From: a virus | Length of the DNA stretch: 64,000 bases | Strand: one strand, 5' to 3' | Virus record (IMG/VR): IMGVR_UViG_3300023184_000034 | Span: 1 to 64,000 of that record | In this document: one piece after another, positions 18,770 through 27,842 of the stretch | Numbering within the stretch: position 1 is the stretch's first letter | Layout of the letters: every line of letters starts with the position of its first letter | Notes under the pieces: generated by a model | Databases searched by the model: none | The model's input: only the letters and a program-made list of their open reading frames with translations | What the model was told of the DNA's origin: nothing | Position numbers and translations under genes: made by a program

Positions 18770-19402
18770 TTATTGGAGTCGGCTTATTATTGATAATAAG
18801 CTCTCTTTGAGATATTTCTGTGCTTTAGGATCGCCCTTAACCTCTTGCGCTATGCGTAAGGCACTTAATCCGCCTCGATTATTCATCAAGTGTTCATAAA
18901 TTGGTGTAGGGTATGCTCCAGGAGCACTAGGTTGAGCTACCATATCTACTGTGATAATCTCAAAATCTGATACTTCACCGGAACCGTCATCTTTGACGTT
19001 CCCGGATCCGCGACTTGAAACACCTAGCTTGACTCCGCTTTCCAGCATAGTCTTGATAAGTTGTCCCATAGGGGTTGGCAAAACTTTCAGTTTGCCGTAA
19101 CCATTAGGACCATCCATCCACATATTGACCATCATGTGACTGACTCTGTCCAGGTTAATTTTTAGATCATCTGGATGATCCACTTCTCCGAGAACTGAAT
19201 AACCGTTTTGAATCTGATCGTTTAGGGTTTTGACAGCCTTGCCAATCTCATTCACAGGGTAAACACGCTGGTTAGCGTTGCGTATACCGCCCTGGATGCA
19301 AATCCCGGACATGTATAAACTTTTCCCGTCTTTGTCATCAGACTCAACGATCATTTTTGCTTCGTTGAAACTGAGATTCTCTCGGAGGTATAAAGACTTC
19401 AT
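18770..19402 (-). CDS. gp21: Prohead core protease, gp21-like
   Basis: GICIQGGIRNANQRVYP, LGEVDHP, INLDRVSH, LGVSSRGSG, TVDMVAQPSAPGAY. Confidence 0.96.
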   Translation of the reverse strand: MKSLYLRENLSFNEAKMIVESDDKDGKSLYMSGICIQGGIRNANQRVYPVNEIGKAVKTLNDQIQNGYSVLGEVDHPDDLKINLDRVSHMMVNMWMDGPNGYGKLKVLPTPMGQLIKTMLESGVKLGVSSRGSGNVKDDGSGEVSDFEIITVDMVAQPSAPGAYPTPIYEHLMNNRGGLSALRIAQEVKGDPKAQKYLKESLLSIISRLQ

Positions 19403-19419
19403 TTAATGTAGTCTCTGTA

Positions 19420-20289
19420 TTATCTTACTTTAGTGCTGATTAAACTTTTCTTGTTATCAGCTGTTTCGCCTTTGCCTTTGCTTTCAGGTCCGTGTCCAGG
19501 TTCTTTCTTCTTGAACGCTGACTTGCCTGCAGAGGCTCCTGGTTTGTTGATGTTGCCGCCGTCTTGCATTGCAGTAGTGGGCTTCAACAATCCACCCTGT
19601 GTGCCGCCTTTCTCTGTGGAGAATGACTTGGCAATGTTGGCGCTTGATCCGCCCATGTTGTTCTTACCAGCCACAGCTGAACGTGTGTTAACACCGTTGT
19701 CACCGTGCTTTGGCAAAGAAACTTTGTTTACATATTCATTTACATGGTGGTGAACGTGATGCATTTCTTGCACTTCTGGTTCTGGATGCGGATCAGGCTC
19801 GCCTGTTGGCTCAACCACTAGATTTTCCATTTCAGATTCTAGGTCGTCCTCACCGCCCATGTCATCACCGCCCATGTCGTCGTCACCTTCTTGTGACAAC
19901 AGTTGTTCAAATTCTGCTTTTAGGTCTTCTAGTGCATCTTCTAGATCCATAACGCGATCTTCGATGTCACCTTCTGGTTCTTCTTCACTGTCCATGTCAT
20001 CTTCTTCGCTGTCCATGTCATCTTCTTCGCTGTCCATGTCATCTTCTTCGCTGTCCATGTCATCTTCTTCGTCGCCCATGGATTCATCTTCCGAATCATC
20101 CTCGTCATCTTTGTCATCTTTCTTACCGTAAGGGTTGCCTTGGTCACTGCCAAAGTCAGACTCTAATAATTCTTCGTAGATTTCACGTGATTTTCCTACT
20201 ACGATGTTGTGGAAAATTTCTTTAGCTGCTTGTTGATCATCATTGATCAAAGCTTCAAGCATTGCTTCAAATTGAGCGCGGTCAGTCAT
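19420..20289 (-). CDS. Acidic prohead core/internal protein (289 aa)
   Basis: Very D/E-rich with a basic C-terminus, between portal and protease (position of T4 gp67/gp68); GGAG SD. Confidence 0.7.
   Translation of the reverse strand: MTDRAQFEAMLEALINDDQQAAKEIFHNIVVGKSREIYEELLESDFGSDQGNPYGKKDDKDDEDDSEDESMGDEEDDMDSEEDDMDSEEDDMDSEEDDMDSEEEPEGDIEDRVMDLEDALEDLKAEFEQLLSQEGDDDMGGDDMGGEDDLESEMENLVVEPTGEPDPHPEPEVQEMHHVHHHVNEYVNKVSLPKHGDNGVNTRSAVAGKNNMGGSSANIAKSFSTEKGGTQGGLLKPTTAMQDGGNINKPGASAGKSAFKKKEPGHGPESKGKGETADNKKSLISTKVR
19981..20071. repeat. 21-nt tandem repeat, ~4 copies, encoding EEDDMDS
   Basis: (tcttcttcgctgtccatgtca)n, in frame in 19420-20289. Confidence 0.9.
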
Positions 20290-20328
20290 GTTGGTTCTCC
20301 TGTGGTTTTTTAATACAAGGCTGTAAGA

Positions 20329-20336
20329 TATTTACA
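20329..20336 (-). promoter_or_regulatory. Late promoter (TGTAAATA) for the core-protease-scaffold-capsid operon
   Basis: TAAATA core in the intergenic gap, with CTACCCAC 16 nt upstream. Confidence 0.55.
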
Positions 20337-20392
20337 CCTTTGCGTAAAAAGTGGGTAGATATAGGCCAAAAACAGTCAGTTTTTGCAATTAA

Positions 20393-20635
20393 TTAAGCGG
20401 CAGGCGCTGCAGGTGGTGCAGCATACATTGCATTTATAAATTCTAGTTCGCTTTCCTGTTCTAAAATATGTGCTTCAGTACTTTTGCGCAATTCATTTAT
20501 TTGTCTAAGTGTTAATCTTGTTTTGCGTGTGTCGCTCCGGTGTAACACATCGCTGTCACGTTTTGGCTCATAACGCAAGTCATTGGCCACGTGACGAGTA
20601 TCTGGATCAATATAAAATAGCTCTCTTAAAATCAT
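20393..20635 (-). CDS. Small conserved head-module protein (80 aa; start moved to the ATG at 20635)
   Basis: MILRELFYIDPD...RKTRLTLRQINELRK; the longer track ORF overlaps the portal gene; perfect TATAAATA just upstream. Confidence 0.75.
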   Translation of the reverse strand: MILRELFYIDPDTRHVANDLRYEPKRDSDVLHRSDTRKTRLTLRQINELRKSTEAHILEQESELEFINAMYAAPPAAPAA

Positions 20636-20639
20636 AACG

Positions 20640-20647
20640 TATTTATA
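20640..20647 (-). promoter_or_regulatory. T4 late promoter consensus TATAAATA
   Basis: Exact consensus overlapping the portal stop codon. Confidence 0.65.
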
Positions 20648-22370
20648 CAACTGGTGCAGCTGCGGGCGCTGCTGGTGCGCCGCCTGGTGGTGCAGCTTGA
20701 CCAGGTTCTCCTGGAGCACTGATATCCATGTCATCTGGTGCGCTTAGGTCGCCGGCGGCATCTGCATCTCCTGCAATACCACTTGCACTCAGTCCAGCAC
20801 TACGCAATTCGCCAGCTGCATCTGTGGTGGTTGGATGACCTTTGCCGTTCTCTTCGCCCCACATGCGTTCGTTTTCTGCAACTTCTTCGTCTGTTAAACT
20901 CAGGAAGCGTTTTAATGCAAATCGCTTGGATACAAACGGCACAGCTTGAATAGTGTTAAATGTGTTGATACGCTCTGCATCAATGCTGGCCTGTTTGCTA
21001 CTGGCAAAGTTAAGCGGTGGATTGAACTGTAATTCAAACAAACTTGCGTCAATGTTCATGCCCTTGCTGTGCATGTACATCTTGAATTCTTCGTCAAAAA
21101 CCGCGGTAATCAGTGCTTGCAAACGTTCACAATACTTGTTAAAACGCAGTTCTTGAATGTATGCAGTGCCCACACGTCCGTCATTGAAATTGCTTTGACT
21201 GTCATCTTGACCGGTGGGCAAGTAGCTGCTGGGTATGCGCAACCCACGGAATAATTTGTTGGTAAAGTACTTTAAATCGTCAATTTCACCAATGTTCTTG
21301 CCACCTTCAAGCATGGTAACATCTGAACCTTTACCGTCTGCTGTCTTGGGGAAGAAATAATCTTCATTGATTGAAAGTGGGTTGTATGCTGAATCAATAA
21401 CGTTCTGTCCACCGCCTGTTTGACTTGGAATTCTGCGTTGATGTATCTCATTTTTAACACGTTCCACAAATGCCATGGCCAAGTGACTGGGCATGTTGCC
21501 CACGTCAATGTGAAACACACGTCGCTCAGGAGCACGTTGTATTCGATAAATCAAAATTGCATCTTCTAATAATTCTTTTTGTTTGTAAACTTTGTAAATG
21601 TTTTCCAGCAAACTGTTGCCAAACGGATAGTTGTTGTCCAAGCCTTCGCTTAGACTCAAGTGTATGATGTGTTCAGCGTTGATGGCCTGTTCAGTTTGCT
21701 GTAATCCAAAACGATTACTGCCACTGCCACCGTTGCTGCTGGTTGACCCTGCATATTGTTGCGGGCCGCTGGCGCCGCCTGGACCTGAATGACTGCGGGG
21801 ATTCACACTGGGTGTGATCTGTGTTGCCACTAGATTAACAAAGTTAGGAGCCAAATCTTTGATCACAAACTGTTCAGGTTTCTTGCCTTCACTTTCATTC
21901 ACAATCACCTTGACCACTTTGCTGGCGTCAATGTAACTCCATTTTTGATTTTCTGGGTCACGAATAAAAAATGCATCACCATACTTGAATGTGTTGCGCA
22001 CAATGCGGAAAATACGTGTGTCAAACTTTTGCAGTGTGTTCCATTGTTGCAAGTATTCACTTAGAATTTTAATTTCACTGTTGGTGGCTTTTTGACGCCA
22101 TTTGATTGCAAATGGACTCTTGCCATCTTTCAATTTCTGTGTGCAAAACTCCGCTAAAATATCCAAAGCTGCATTGACTTCTGGATCACTGTCCATAACT
22201 TCATACTGTTGATAACGTTCAATACGATTTGGACTGCCGGAATAAACATCTGGCAAATAGCTGGAATAGTTAGTTCTAGCAGGGCCTGGTCGATTGCCGC
22301 TGTTAAGGCCGCTGATAGCGCTTGATTGCCCGTTTACTTCAACGGGCGAGAAATACTTTTTCCAACTCAT
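20643..22370 (-). CDS. gp20: Portal protein, T4 gp20-like
   Basis: DPEVNAALDI, LLEDAILIYRIQRAPERRVFHIDVGNMP, EDYFFP, IDDLKYFTNKLFRGLRIP, ELRFNKYCERLQ. Confidence 0.97.
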   Translation of the reverse strand: MSWKKYFSPVEVNGQSSAISGLNSGNRPGPARTNYSSYLPDVYSGSPNRIERYQQYEVMDSDPEVNAALDILAEFCTQKLKDGKSPFAIKWRQKATNSEIKILSEYLQQWNTLQKFDTRIFRIVRNTFKYGDAFFIRDPENQKWSYIDASKVVKVIVNESEGKKPEQFVIKDLAPNFVNLVATQITPSVNPRSHSGPGGASGPQQYAGSTSSNGGSGSNRFGLQQTEQAINAEHIIHLSLSEGLDNNYPFGNSLLENIYKVYKQKELLEDAILIYRIQRAPERRVFHIDVGNMPSHLAMAFVERVKNEIHQRRIPSQTGGGQNVIDSAYNPLSINEDYFFPKTADGKGSDVTMLEGGKNIGEIDDLKYFTNKLFRGLRIPSSYLPTGQDDSQSNFNDGRVGTAYIQELRFNKYCERLQALITAVFDEEFKMYMHSKGMNIDASLFELQFNPPLNFASSKQASIDAERINTFNTIQAVPFVSKRFALKRFLSLTDEEVAENERMWGEENGKGHPTTTDAAGELRSAGLSASGIAGDADAAGDLSAPDDMDISAPGEPGQAAPPGGAPAAPAAAPVV

Positions 22371-22383
22371 TCACATGTCCTTG

Positions 22384-25300
22384 TTAAGAAAACTTGTTTC
22401 CTGATAAATTTTTTGTAGCTTTTACTTGTTGCTGCGAAGCTGTAGCTGTTTGCTGAGTATAAGTTAACATTTGTGCCATACTCTTATTTAAGTGTTCCAA
22501 GCTGGCATGCACTTCTTTTAGAGTAACTTCACCTGTGGCTTTTGGTGCTTCAGCTGGTTTTTTGACTTCTGCAGCTTTGGCTTCGGCAGCTTTGGCTTTT
22601 TTATCTTCTTCTGTTTTCTTAGCCACATCTTCCGGAGGGTTGATTCTAGTTGCGGTGCTGGTTATTTTTTGAACATCAGGCAACTTGATTTCAGCAAACA
22701 TGTCACCAAACATGTCTGCAATACCTTTTTTAGGTTTTGATTGTTCTTTTTCTTTAGCTTCTGAAGAATCAATTTTTCCTTTTAGTTCTTGTAACTTTTT
22801 AGGATCGGCTTCAATGTCTTTGGACATTTTAGCATACTCAGCTTTTAGCTTTTCAGTTTCAGATTGTTCTTTAGGTTTGGCGGCAGCTTGCGCCTGTGAT
22901 GACTCTCCGGGCTTGCCTGATGATTTGTTTTCAGACTTGTACTGTTCTGATGCGTTGGCCATAGAGTCTTTCATAGACTTGCCAGCTGTCGTGCTGCTAG
23001 CATAAGCTGCAAGATTCAGTTTAACTGAATCTTCTCTGGCCGTTGCTTCTGCTTCTGCACCTTGAGTTACGCCAATCAATCTAAATTCAGCTTCTTTTTG
23101 TAAACTTTCTTGCGATGCTAGTCCGTTGTTTTTGGTAATTTCTGCCAGTCTATTTGAAACTTCAGTTTGCATTTCTGCTTGAGTTGCTTGAACTTTTGCT
23201 TGAAATACTCGTTGTTCGTCAGCACGACTCAGCACTTTTTGTTCTTCTTGTGCGGCAGTTATTTTGTCTGAGGACGAATTTTGTATTATTCCAAGAGCTT
23301 TGCGTTCAGCTTCTTCAGCTTCGGTCATCTTACGACCTTCCAATTCAGCTTTTTCTTCTATTGCATCTCGTGCTTTTGATGCTGCTGTGTTGGCCGCACG
23401 GGCAGATGCTTCTTCTTCCTTGAGACTTGCTTGTTTTTTTGCACTATCTTCTGCACTGAGATTTGCAAACTCTCCATACATTTTCTTTTGATTATCAGTC
23501 AAACCAATAGTGGCCATTGAACTGAATATGGACTGTGCAACTACCGATGCTTTTTTAGTTTCTTCTTGTTTCACAACCTCAGCAACTTCTGCCTTTTTAG
23601 AATCAAGAGTTTTGGCTTTGGCATCTTCTACGTGTTTTCCAATCTCAGCAACTTCTGACTTTTTGGCATCAACTGTTTTAGCTAGCCCTTGTTTTTCCAG
23701 TTGGTCCAAGGCTAACAAACTGGTTTCATGATCTTTTAGATTGTTTGTGGCTCTTCGTACACCAGATTGTGCTGTTGCAAGATCACTTTTTTCTTTATCA
23801 GTTAATTCTCTTTGAGTTGCAGTTTGTTCTAATGCAGCAACTTGCGATTGTCTATCAGCAAGTCGTGCTTTGATTGACTCGGTAGTTTTTACAGCCGCTT
23901 CTCTTTCAGCATCTGCTCTAGATTCAACTACATTTGCAGAATCTTTGGTAGTTTTCTCTATTTTTGCAACAGTATCGGCTGAATAATTTTGTAACTTGTC
24001 ATTCATGTCAATGTAATAATTTTCAATCTTTGAACCCTTTGGTATCATAGATTCAATCATATCATCGCTCATGCCTTTTACTGAAGTACCAATTACACTT
24101 TTAGCTAACTCTGCTTCTTTAAATGCATCAGCATTGGTTTTCTTAGCAAGATCTAGTTTAGCTTTACTATCATCTTTGTACATGTTGTCTAAAGATTCAG
24201 TGTCTTGTTTAGCAGTAGCTAATTTGTCTTTGCTGCCATCTTTGTACATGTTAGACAGTGTGCCATTGCTAACTTTAATAATTGCCAATTGCTCATTGGC
24301 TATCTTGGTAGTTTCTTCAATGGCAGATGCTTTTTTAGTAACTTCGATACTGATTCCAGCGTCAATTTGTTTTTGTAACGGCTCCATCATAGCTTTATAC
24401 TTGTCAGCTATTGCTTTGCCTTCGTCGCCAGTTCGCATTTCTTTAGCAACTGCATTTCCACCCATTTTGCTTCCATCGCCTATTTGGGTTTTTAATTTTT
24501 CTCTAAGAGCATTTCGTTCAGCTTGCATCTGCTCTCGAACAGCCGCCAATTCTTTTTCAGCATCTTTACTACTGTCATTTTGTACTCGTTTGGTTTCAGT
24601 AGATCCGCCACCACTAACTGAACTAACAGTGGTGTTGATTGATTTTGAAATGCTAGACAAATCCAGCTTGGGCATTTCCAGTTTGGGCATTTCCAGTTTG
24701 GGCAACTTAGGCACTTCCAGCTTGGGCATTTCCAGTTTGGGCATTTCCAGCTTGGGAATCTTGGGCATTTCCAGCTTGGGCATTTCCAGTTTGGGCATTT
24801 CCAGTTTGGGCATTTCCAGTTTGGGCATTTCCAGTTTGGGCATTTCCAGTTTGGCACTTCCATTGCCTTTGGCCAATGCTTCAGTTGCTTTGCTTAACCC
24901 GTCCAGTTTGACATTCTGCATCAAAGTCTGCAGCTTGCTGTCTGGAATCACATGCTCTTTGCCAGCTTCACCGATTATGGCCAGTTCGGGTTTGGTTACT
25001 GTGCCGCCTTCAGCTTTCTTATCAATTTCGTCACCTAGTTTAGAATTAATTATATTAACAACATCTAATACTTTGTTTCCGCCAGCACCGGCAATTTCGC
25101 CAGCGCCACGGGCAGTGTCGCCCATAAAATATCCAGTATCGTTTTGTTTTGTTTTAATTGCTTCGTCTTTAGTTTTAGCTGTGTTGGCTTGACCTGATTC
25201 AAACCCTATTCTAGTGTCTTTTTTTAGTGCAGCACCTGCACCTACAGTTTCTTTCCCGCCACCTTCTGCAGCTGTTTTGTTTCTTGTTACTTGCGCAGGT

Positions 25301-26670
25301 ATTACTTTTTGTGCAATTGAATTCAGTGCTGGCCCAACTTTTTCATTTATTGGTTGTACCACTTCGTCCATGAAAGCACTTTTAACGTCTCCGGCAGCAC
25401 GTCCCATTTTCAATAGTGCATCTGTACTTTCACTTCCAGCTTTCTTTGTGCCGTCTGCGTTTTCGTTATTTTGTTCGCGTTTTATCTGTGCCAGTGTTTC
25501 TTCGTGAACTTTTGCAGCTTTTTGTTGTTCGGTCATACCAGCCAGTGAGCCGTCTTTTTCCATTTTTGCTCTAACAGCTTGTTCTGCTTTGGCCATACCC
25601 AAATTAGCTGTCATGCTGTCTTTCATTGCCTTGCCAGCTTCAGTATTGCTGGAATACACAGCAAGATTTAATTTATTAACATCTTGGCCGTTTTTAATTG
25701 CTTCTATCTGGGCTTGTTTACTGTATTCACTTGCAGCTTTGGCATCGCCAGCAGCTGTGGCTTTGGCTTGAGCCATGGTCATCTGTGCTTCACGACCAGA
25801 TATTGCCACTTGACTTGCAGCTTCTTGACTTTGAATTGTTCCTGTGGCAAAAACTTCTTTGAACATTTGACCCTGGCCGCGAAGTTGTGCTGCATTATAT
25901 TGTTCTGCGTATATTGCACGAGCTTTTGCTTCAGCTTCAGGGCCTTCTTTTGCGCCAATGATTCGCATTTTAGCTTCAACCTGCATGTCCGCTTGAGCTT
26001 TCTTCATGTTTTCTTCTTGCTCTTTGCGGCTAACTCCCGTTAGTTTGGCCATGCTGTCCATTTCAGTTGCTAATTTAACAGCTGACTCTATGGCTTTTTT
26101 ACGTTGTTGTTCGTTGTCCATATTGATGTTTTGTTGCAAGCCCACTTGCAATGCCAACACTTCATTAATATCTTTACTGGACATACCCAAGCGTCGTAAA
26201 TCATCATTTACTCCGCTATCGGCCATTTCTTTGCTGAGTCGAGCAAATTGTTCAGCACCCTTGGCTGCATTGCCGCCAAGACCGTTGAAGTTTCCTGAAT
26301 TCTTTTTCATTACATCTGCAAATTCATCTAGAGTTAATCTAGAGCCAGCAGCTGCGGCTTGCATGCCTATTATGTCATTGCTAAAGCTGGCACCGCTATC
26401 ACTGAGTTTTCTCCAAGTGCCTAACCCGTCTTGAACTTCTTGCCTCACTGCATTATAGGCCTTGCTCATGCCATCTGCAGCCGCACCACCTAATTTTAAA
26501 GCATCTGCTAAAGGATTGAAATCCTTTGAAGCTTTGCCCAGTGCTTCACCAAATCCGCCAAGGCCTGCATCGGGAGTTTTGCCGCCGCCGGTAGAATTTC
26601 CGCTCATGCCTTTTAATCGTTGTGCTAATCGGTCTAACGAGTCATCACTGATGTTGATAGTATCGGCCAT
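22384..26670 (-). CDS. Tape-measure-like long helical protein (1428 aa)
   Basis: A/K/E/Q-rich and alpha-helical; LRRLGMSSKDINE...LATEMDSMAKLTGVSRKEQ; KAEGGTVTKPELAIIGEAGKEHVIP motif typical of tape-measure proteins. Confidence 0.7.
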   Translation of the reverse strand: MADTINISDDSLDRLAQRLKGMSGNSTGGGKTPDAGLGGFGEALGKASKDFNPLADALKLGGAAADGMSKAYNAVRQEVQDGLGTWRKLSDSGASFSNDIIGMQAAAAGSRLTLDEFADVMKKNSGNFNGLGGNAAKGAEQFARLSKEMADSGVNDDLRRLGMSSKDINEVLALQVGLQQNINMDNEQQRKKAIESAVKLATEMDSMAKLTGVSRKEQEENMKKAQADMQVEAKMRIIGAKEGPEAEAKARAIYAEQYNAAQLRGQGQMFKEVFATGTIQSQEAASQVAISGREAQMTMAQAKATAAGDAKAASEYSKQAQIEAIKNGQDVNKLNLAVYSSNTEAGKAMKDSMTANLGMAKAEQAVRAKMEKDGSLAGMTEQQKAAKVHEETLAQIKREQNNENADGTKKAGSESTDALLKMGRAAGDVKSAFMDEVVQPINEKVGPALNSIAQKVIPAQVTRNKTAAEGGGKETVGAGAALKKDTRIGFESGQANTAKTKDEAIKTKQNDTGYFMGDTARGAGEIAGAGGNKVLDVVNIINSKLGDEIDKKAEGGTVTKPELAIIGEAGKEHVIPDSKLQTLMQNVKLDGLSKATEALAKGNGSAKLEMPKLEMPKLEMPKLEMPKLEMPKLEMPKIPKLEMPKLEMPKLEVPKLPKLEMPKLEMPKLDLSSISKSINTTVSSVSGGGSTETKRVQNDSSKDAEKELAAVREQMQAERNALREKLKTQIGDGSKMGGNAVAKEMRTGDEGKAIADKYKAMMEPLQKQIDAGISIEVTKKASAIEETTKIANEQLAIIKVSNGTLSNMYKDGSKDKLATAKQDTESLDNMYKDDSKAKLDLAKKTNADAFKEAELAKSVIGTSVKGMSDDMIESMIPKGSKIENYYIDMNDKLQNYSADTVAKIEKTTKDSANVVESRADAEREAAVKTTESIKARLADRQSQVAALEQTATQRELTDKEKSDLATAQSGVRRATNNLKDHETSLLALDQLEKQGLAKTVDAKKSEVAEIGKHVEDAKAKTLDSKKAEVAEVVKQEETKKASVVAQSIFSSMATIGLTDNQKKMYGEFANLSAEDSAKKQASLKEEEASARAANTAASKARDAIEEKAELEGRKMTEAEEAERKALGIIQNSSSDKITAAQEEQKVLSRADEQRVFQAKVQATQAEMQTEVSNRLAEITKNNGLASQESLQKEAEFRLIGVTQGAEAEATAREDSVKLNLAAYASSTTAGKSMKDSMANASEQYKSENKSSGKPGESSQAQAAAKPKEQSETEKLKAEYAKMSKDIEADPKKLQELKGKIDSSEAKEKEQSKPKKGIADMFGDMFAEIKLPDVQKITSTATRINPPEDVAKKTEEDKKAKAAEAKAAEVKKPAEAPKATGEVTLKEVHASLEHLNKSMAQMLTYTQQTATASQQQVKATKNLSGNKFS
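24663..24853. repeat. 15-nt tandem repeat encoding (KLEMP)n inside the tape-measure-like gene
   Basis: Unit gggcatttccag(t/c)tt; 9 KLEMP, 1 KLEVP and two 9-nt truncated units (KIP, KLP). Confidence 0.95.
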
Positions 26671-26693
26671 AAAAAAATCCTAGAAATATAGTA

Positions 26694-26701
26694 TATTTAT
26701 A
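26694..26701 (-). promoter_or_regulatory. T4 late promoter consensus TATAAATA for the tape measure-portal unit
   Basis: Exact consensus 23 nt upstream of the ATG at 26670; AACTACCTAC upstream. Confidence 0.7.
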
Positions 26702-26726
26702 GGATTTAAAAAGTAGGTAGTTAATG

Positions 26727-27758
26727 TTATTTGTATATGGAATTAGCTGCTCTTGGTATGCTGGGTATCTTTTTAACTTCTGGATCATCTGGGTGTAATG
26801 AAATATAATTCTGCACACTTAGTTTCATAAACGCATAATCGTTCAATGTTCCATCTGGGCTCACTATGTTAGTTCCGTCAATAACCACCGCATTTTTGCG
26901 AGCATTGGTTTTGTTTATTTTACCAAAGTCAGTGACTTTTTCGTCTTCTTCTGCAGCTTTGGGGTTGACTTCTTTCTTCTTGGCGGCCATGGCATCTGCA
27001 TATCCCATGCCAGGATTACCACCACTGTCTATGTACTTGCCCAGTATAGGAATCTGGCTGAGATATTCTCTTAAAATACTCCATGACTGATAAGGAATTT
27101 CACCAGCTAATATTAATGGAGTCAACATATGATTGAACATCCAATTCTCAAATGCTTGGCTACGTAAAAATTGCTGCAATGCTGTAAACACAGCAGTTTC
27201 TAATGCAATGCCCATGATAGCAGCTACGCCTCCAGTAAAAAATCCAACGCCTAGCGTAGCAACACCAAACAATATTCTTGCCAAGAACATAACTAGTTTA
27301 GTCTTGGCCAGTATGGATACTAGCCACGGTGCAAAGAATTGTACTTCAGCCAATCCCAAAAATGCTTTTTGATAATCAGCAAACTGTTGTTTGTTTAGTT
27401 CCCCTTTGAGATATCGCTGTTCCAACACATATAATCTATATTTGGTTTCAGCAAGAATTTCAAAAGCCTGTAGAATTTTTAAGATGCTGGCCCAATTACC
27501 TAGATGTTTAACCCATAACTCTTTGCTAGCTTCTCTTGCACCTTTGTCAGCGGCTTTACCAATGCTGTTCCACATCATGGCGGCTGTGCCTACACCTGCC
27601 AGTGCGCCTCCTACGGCAACGCCTGTTGCAGCAGAACGGCCAGCGGCCTTAGCAGCTGTGTCAGTTTTTTCGTCGCCTTTGCCCCAGTTGAACGGATTTA
27701 GATCTTTTAATGCAAATTCGTTAAGCGGTTGAGGCGTGATAATTTCGTAGACTTTCAT
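26727..27758 (-). CDS. Hypothetical membrane-associated protein (343 aa), possibly virion-internal
   Basis: Hydrophobic G/A-rich stretches (GVAVGGALAGVGTAAMMW; LVMFLARILFGVATLGVGFFTGGVAAIMGIALETAVF); N-terminus MKVYEII...LNE. Confidence 0.7.
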   Translation of the reverse strand: MKVYEIITPQPLNEFALKDLNPFNWGKGDEKTDTAAKAAGRSAATGVAVGGALAGVGTAAMMWNSIGKAADKGAREASKELWVKHLGNWASILKILQAFEILAETKYRLYVLEQRYLKGELNKQQFADYQKAFLGLAEVQFFAPWLVSILAKTKLVMFLARILFGVATLGVGFFTGGVAAIMGIALETAVFTALQQFLRSQAFENWMFNHMLTPLILAGEIPYQSWSILREYLSQIPILGKYIDSGGNPGMGYADAMAAKKKEVNPKAAEEDEKVTDFGKINKTNARKNAVVIDGTNIVSPDGTLNDYAFMKLSVQNYISLHPDDPEVKKIPSIPRAANSIYK

Positions 27759-27764
27759 AATAGA

Positions 27765-27821
27765 TATTTACCATTTATCAGTGTTCAAATAAAAATACCC
27801 CAAAAAGTACGCATATAAATA
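27765..27821. promoter_or_regulatory. Back-to-back late promoters: GGTAAATA (minus, 27765-27772) and TATAAATA (plus, 27814-27821)
   Basis: Both lie in the 84-nt divergent gap, each oriented toward its gene. Confidence 0.6.
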
Positions 27822-27842
27822 CAATACAAACGGAGTAATAAC

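Noticed and set aside
24663-24853. CRISPR array
   Set aside because: The units are contiguous 15-mers with no unique spacers and are in frame in a CDS; no cas genes are present
24071-25192. 373-aa plus-strand ORF with (SSLGI)n and 123-aa (KCPNW)n ORF
   Set aside because: Alternative-frame readings of the KLEMP repeat region within the tape-measure-like gene; no independent expression signals seen
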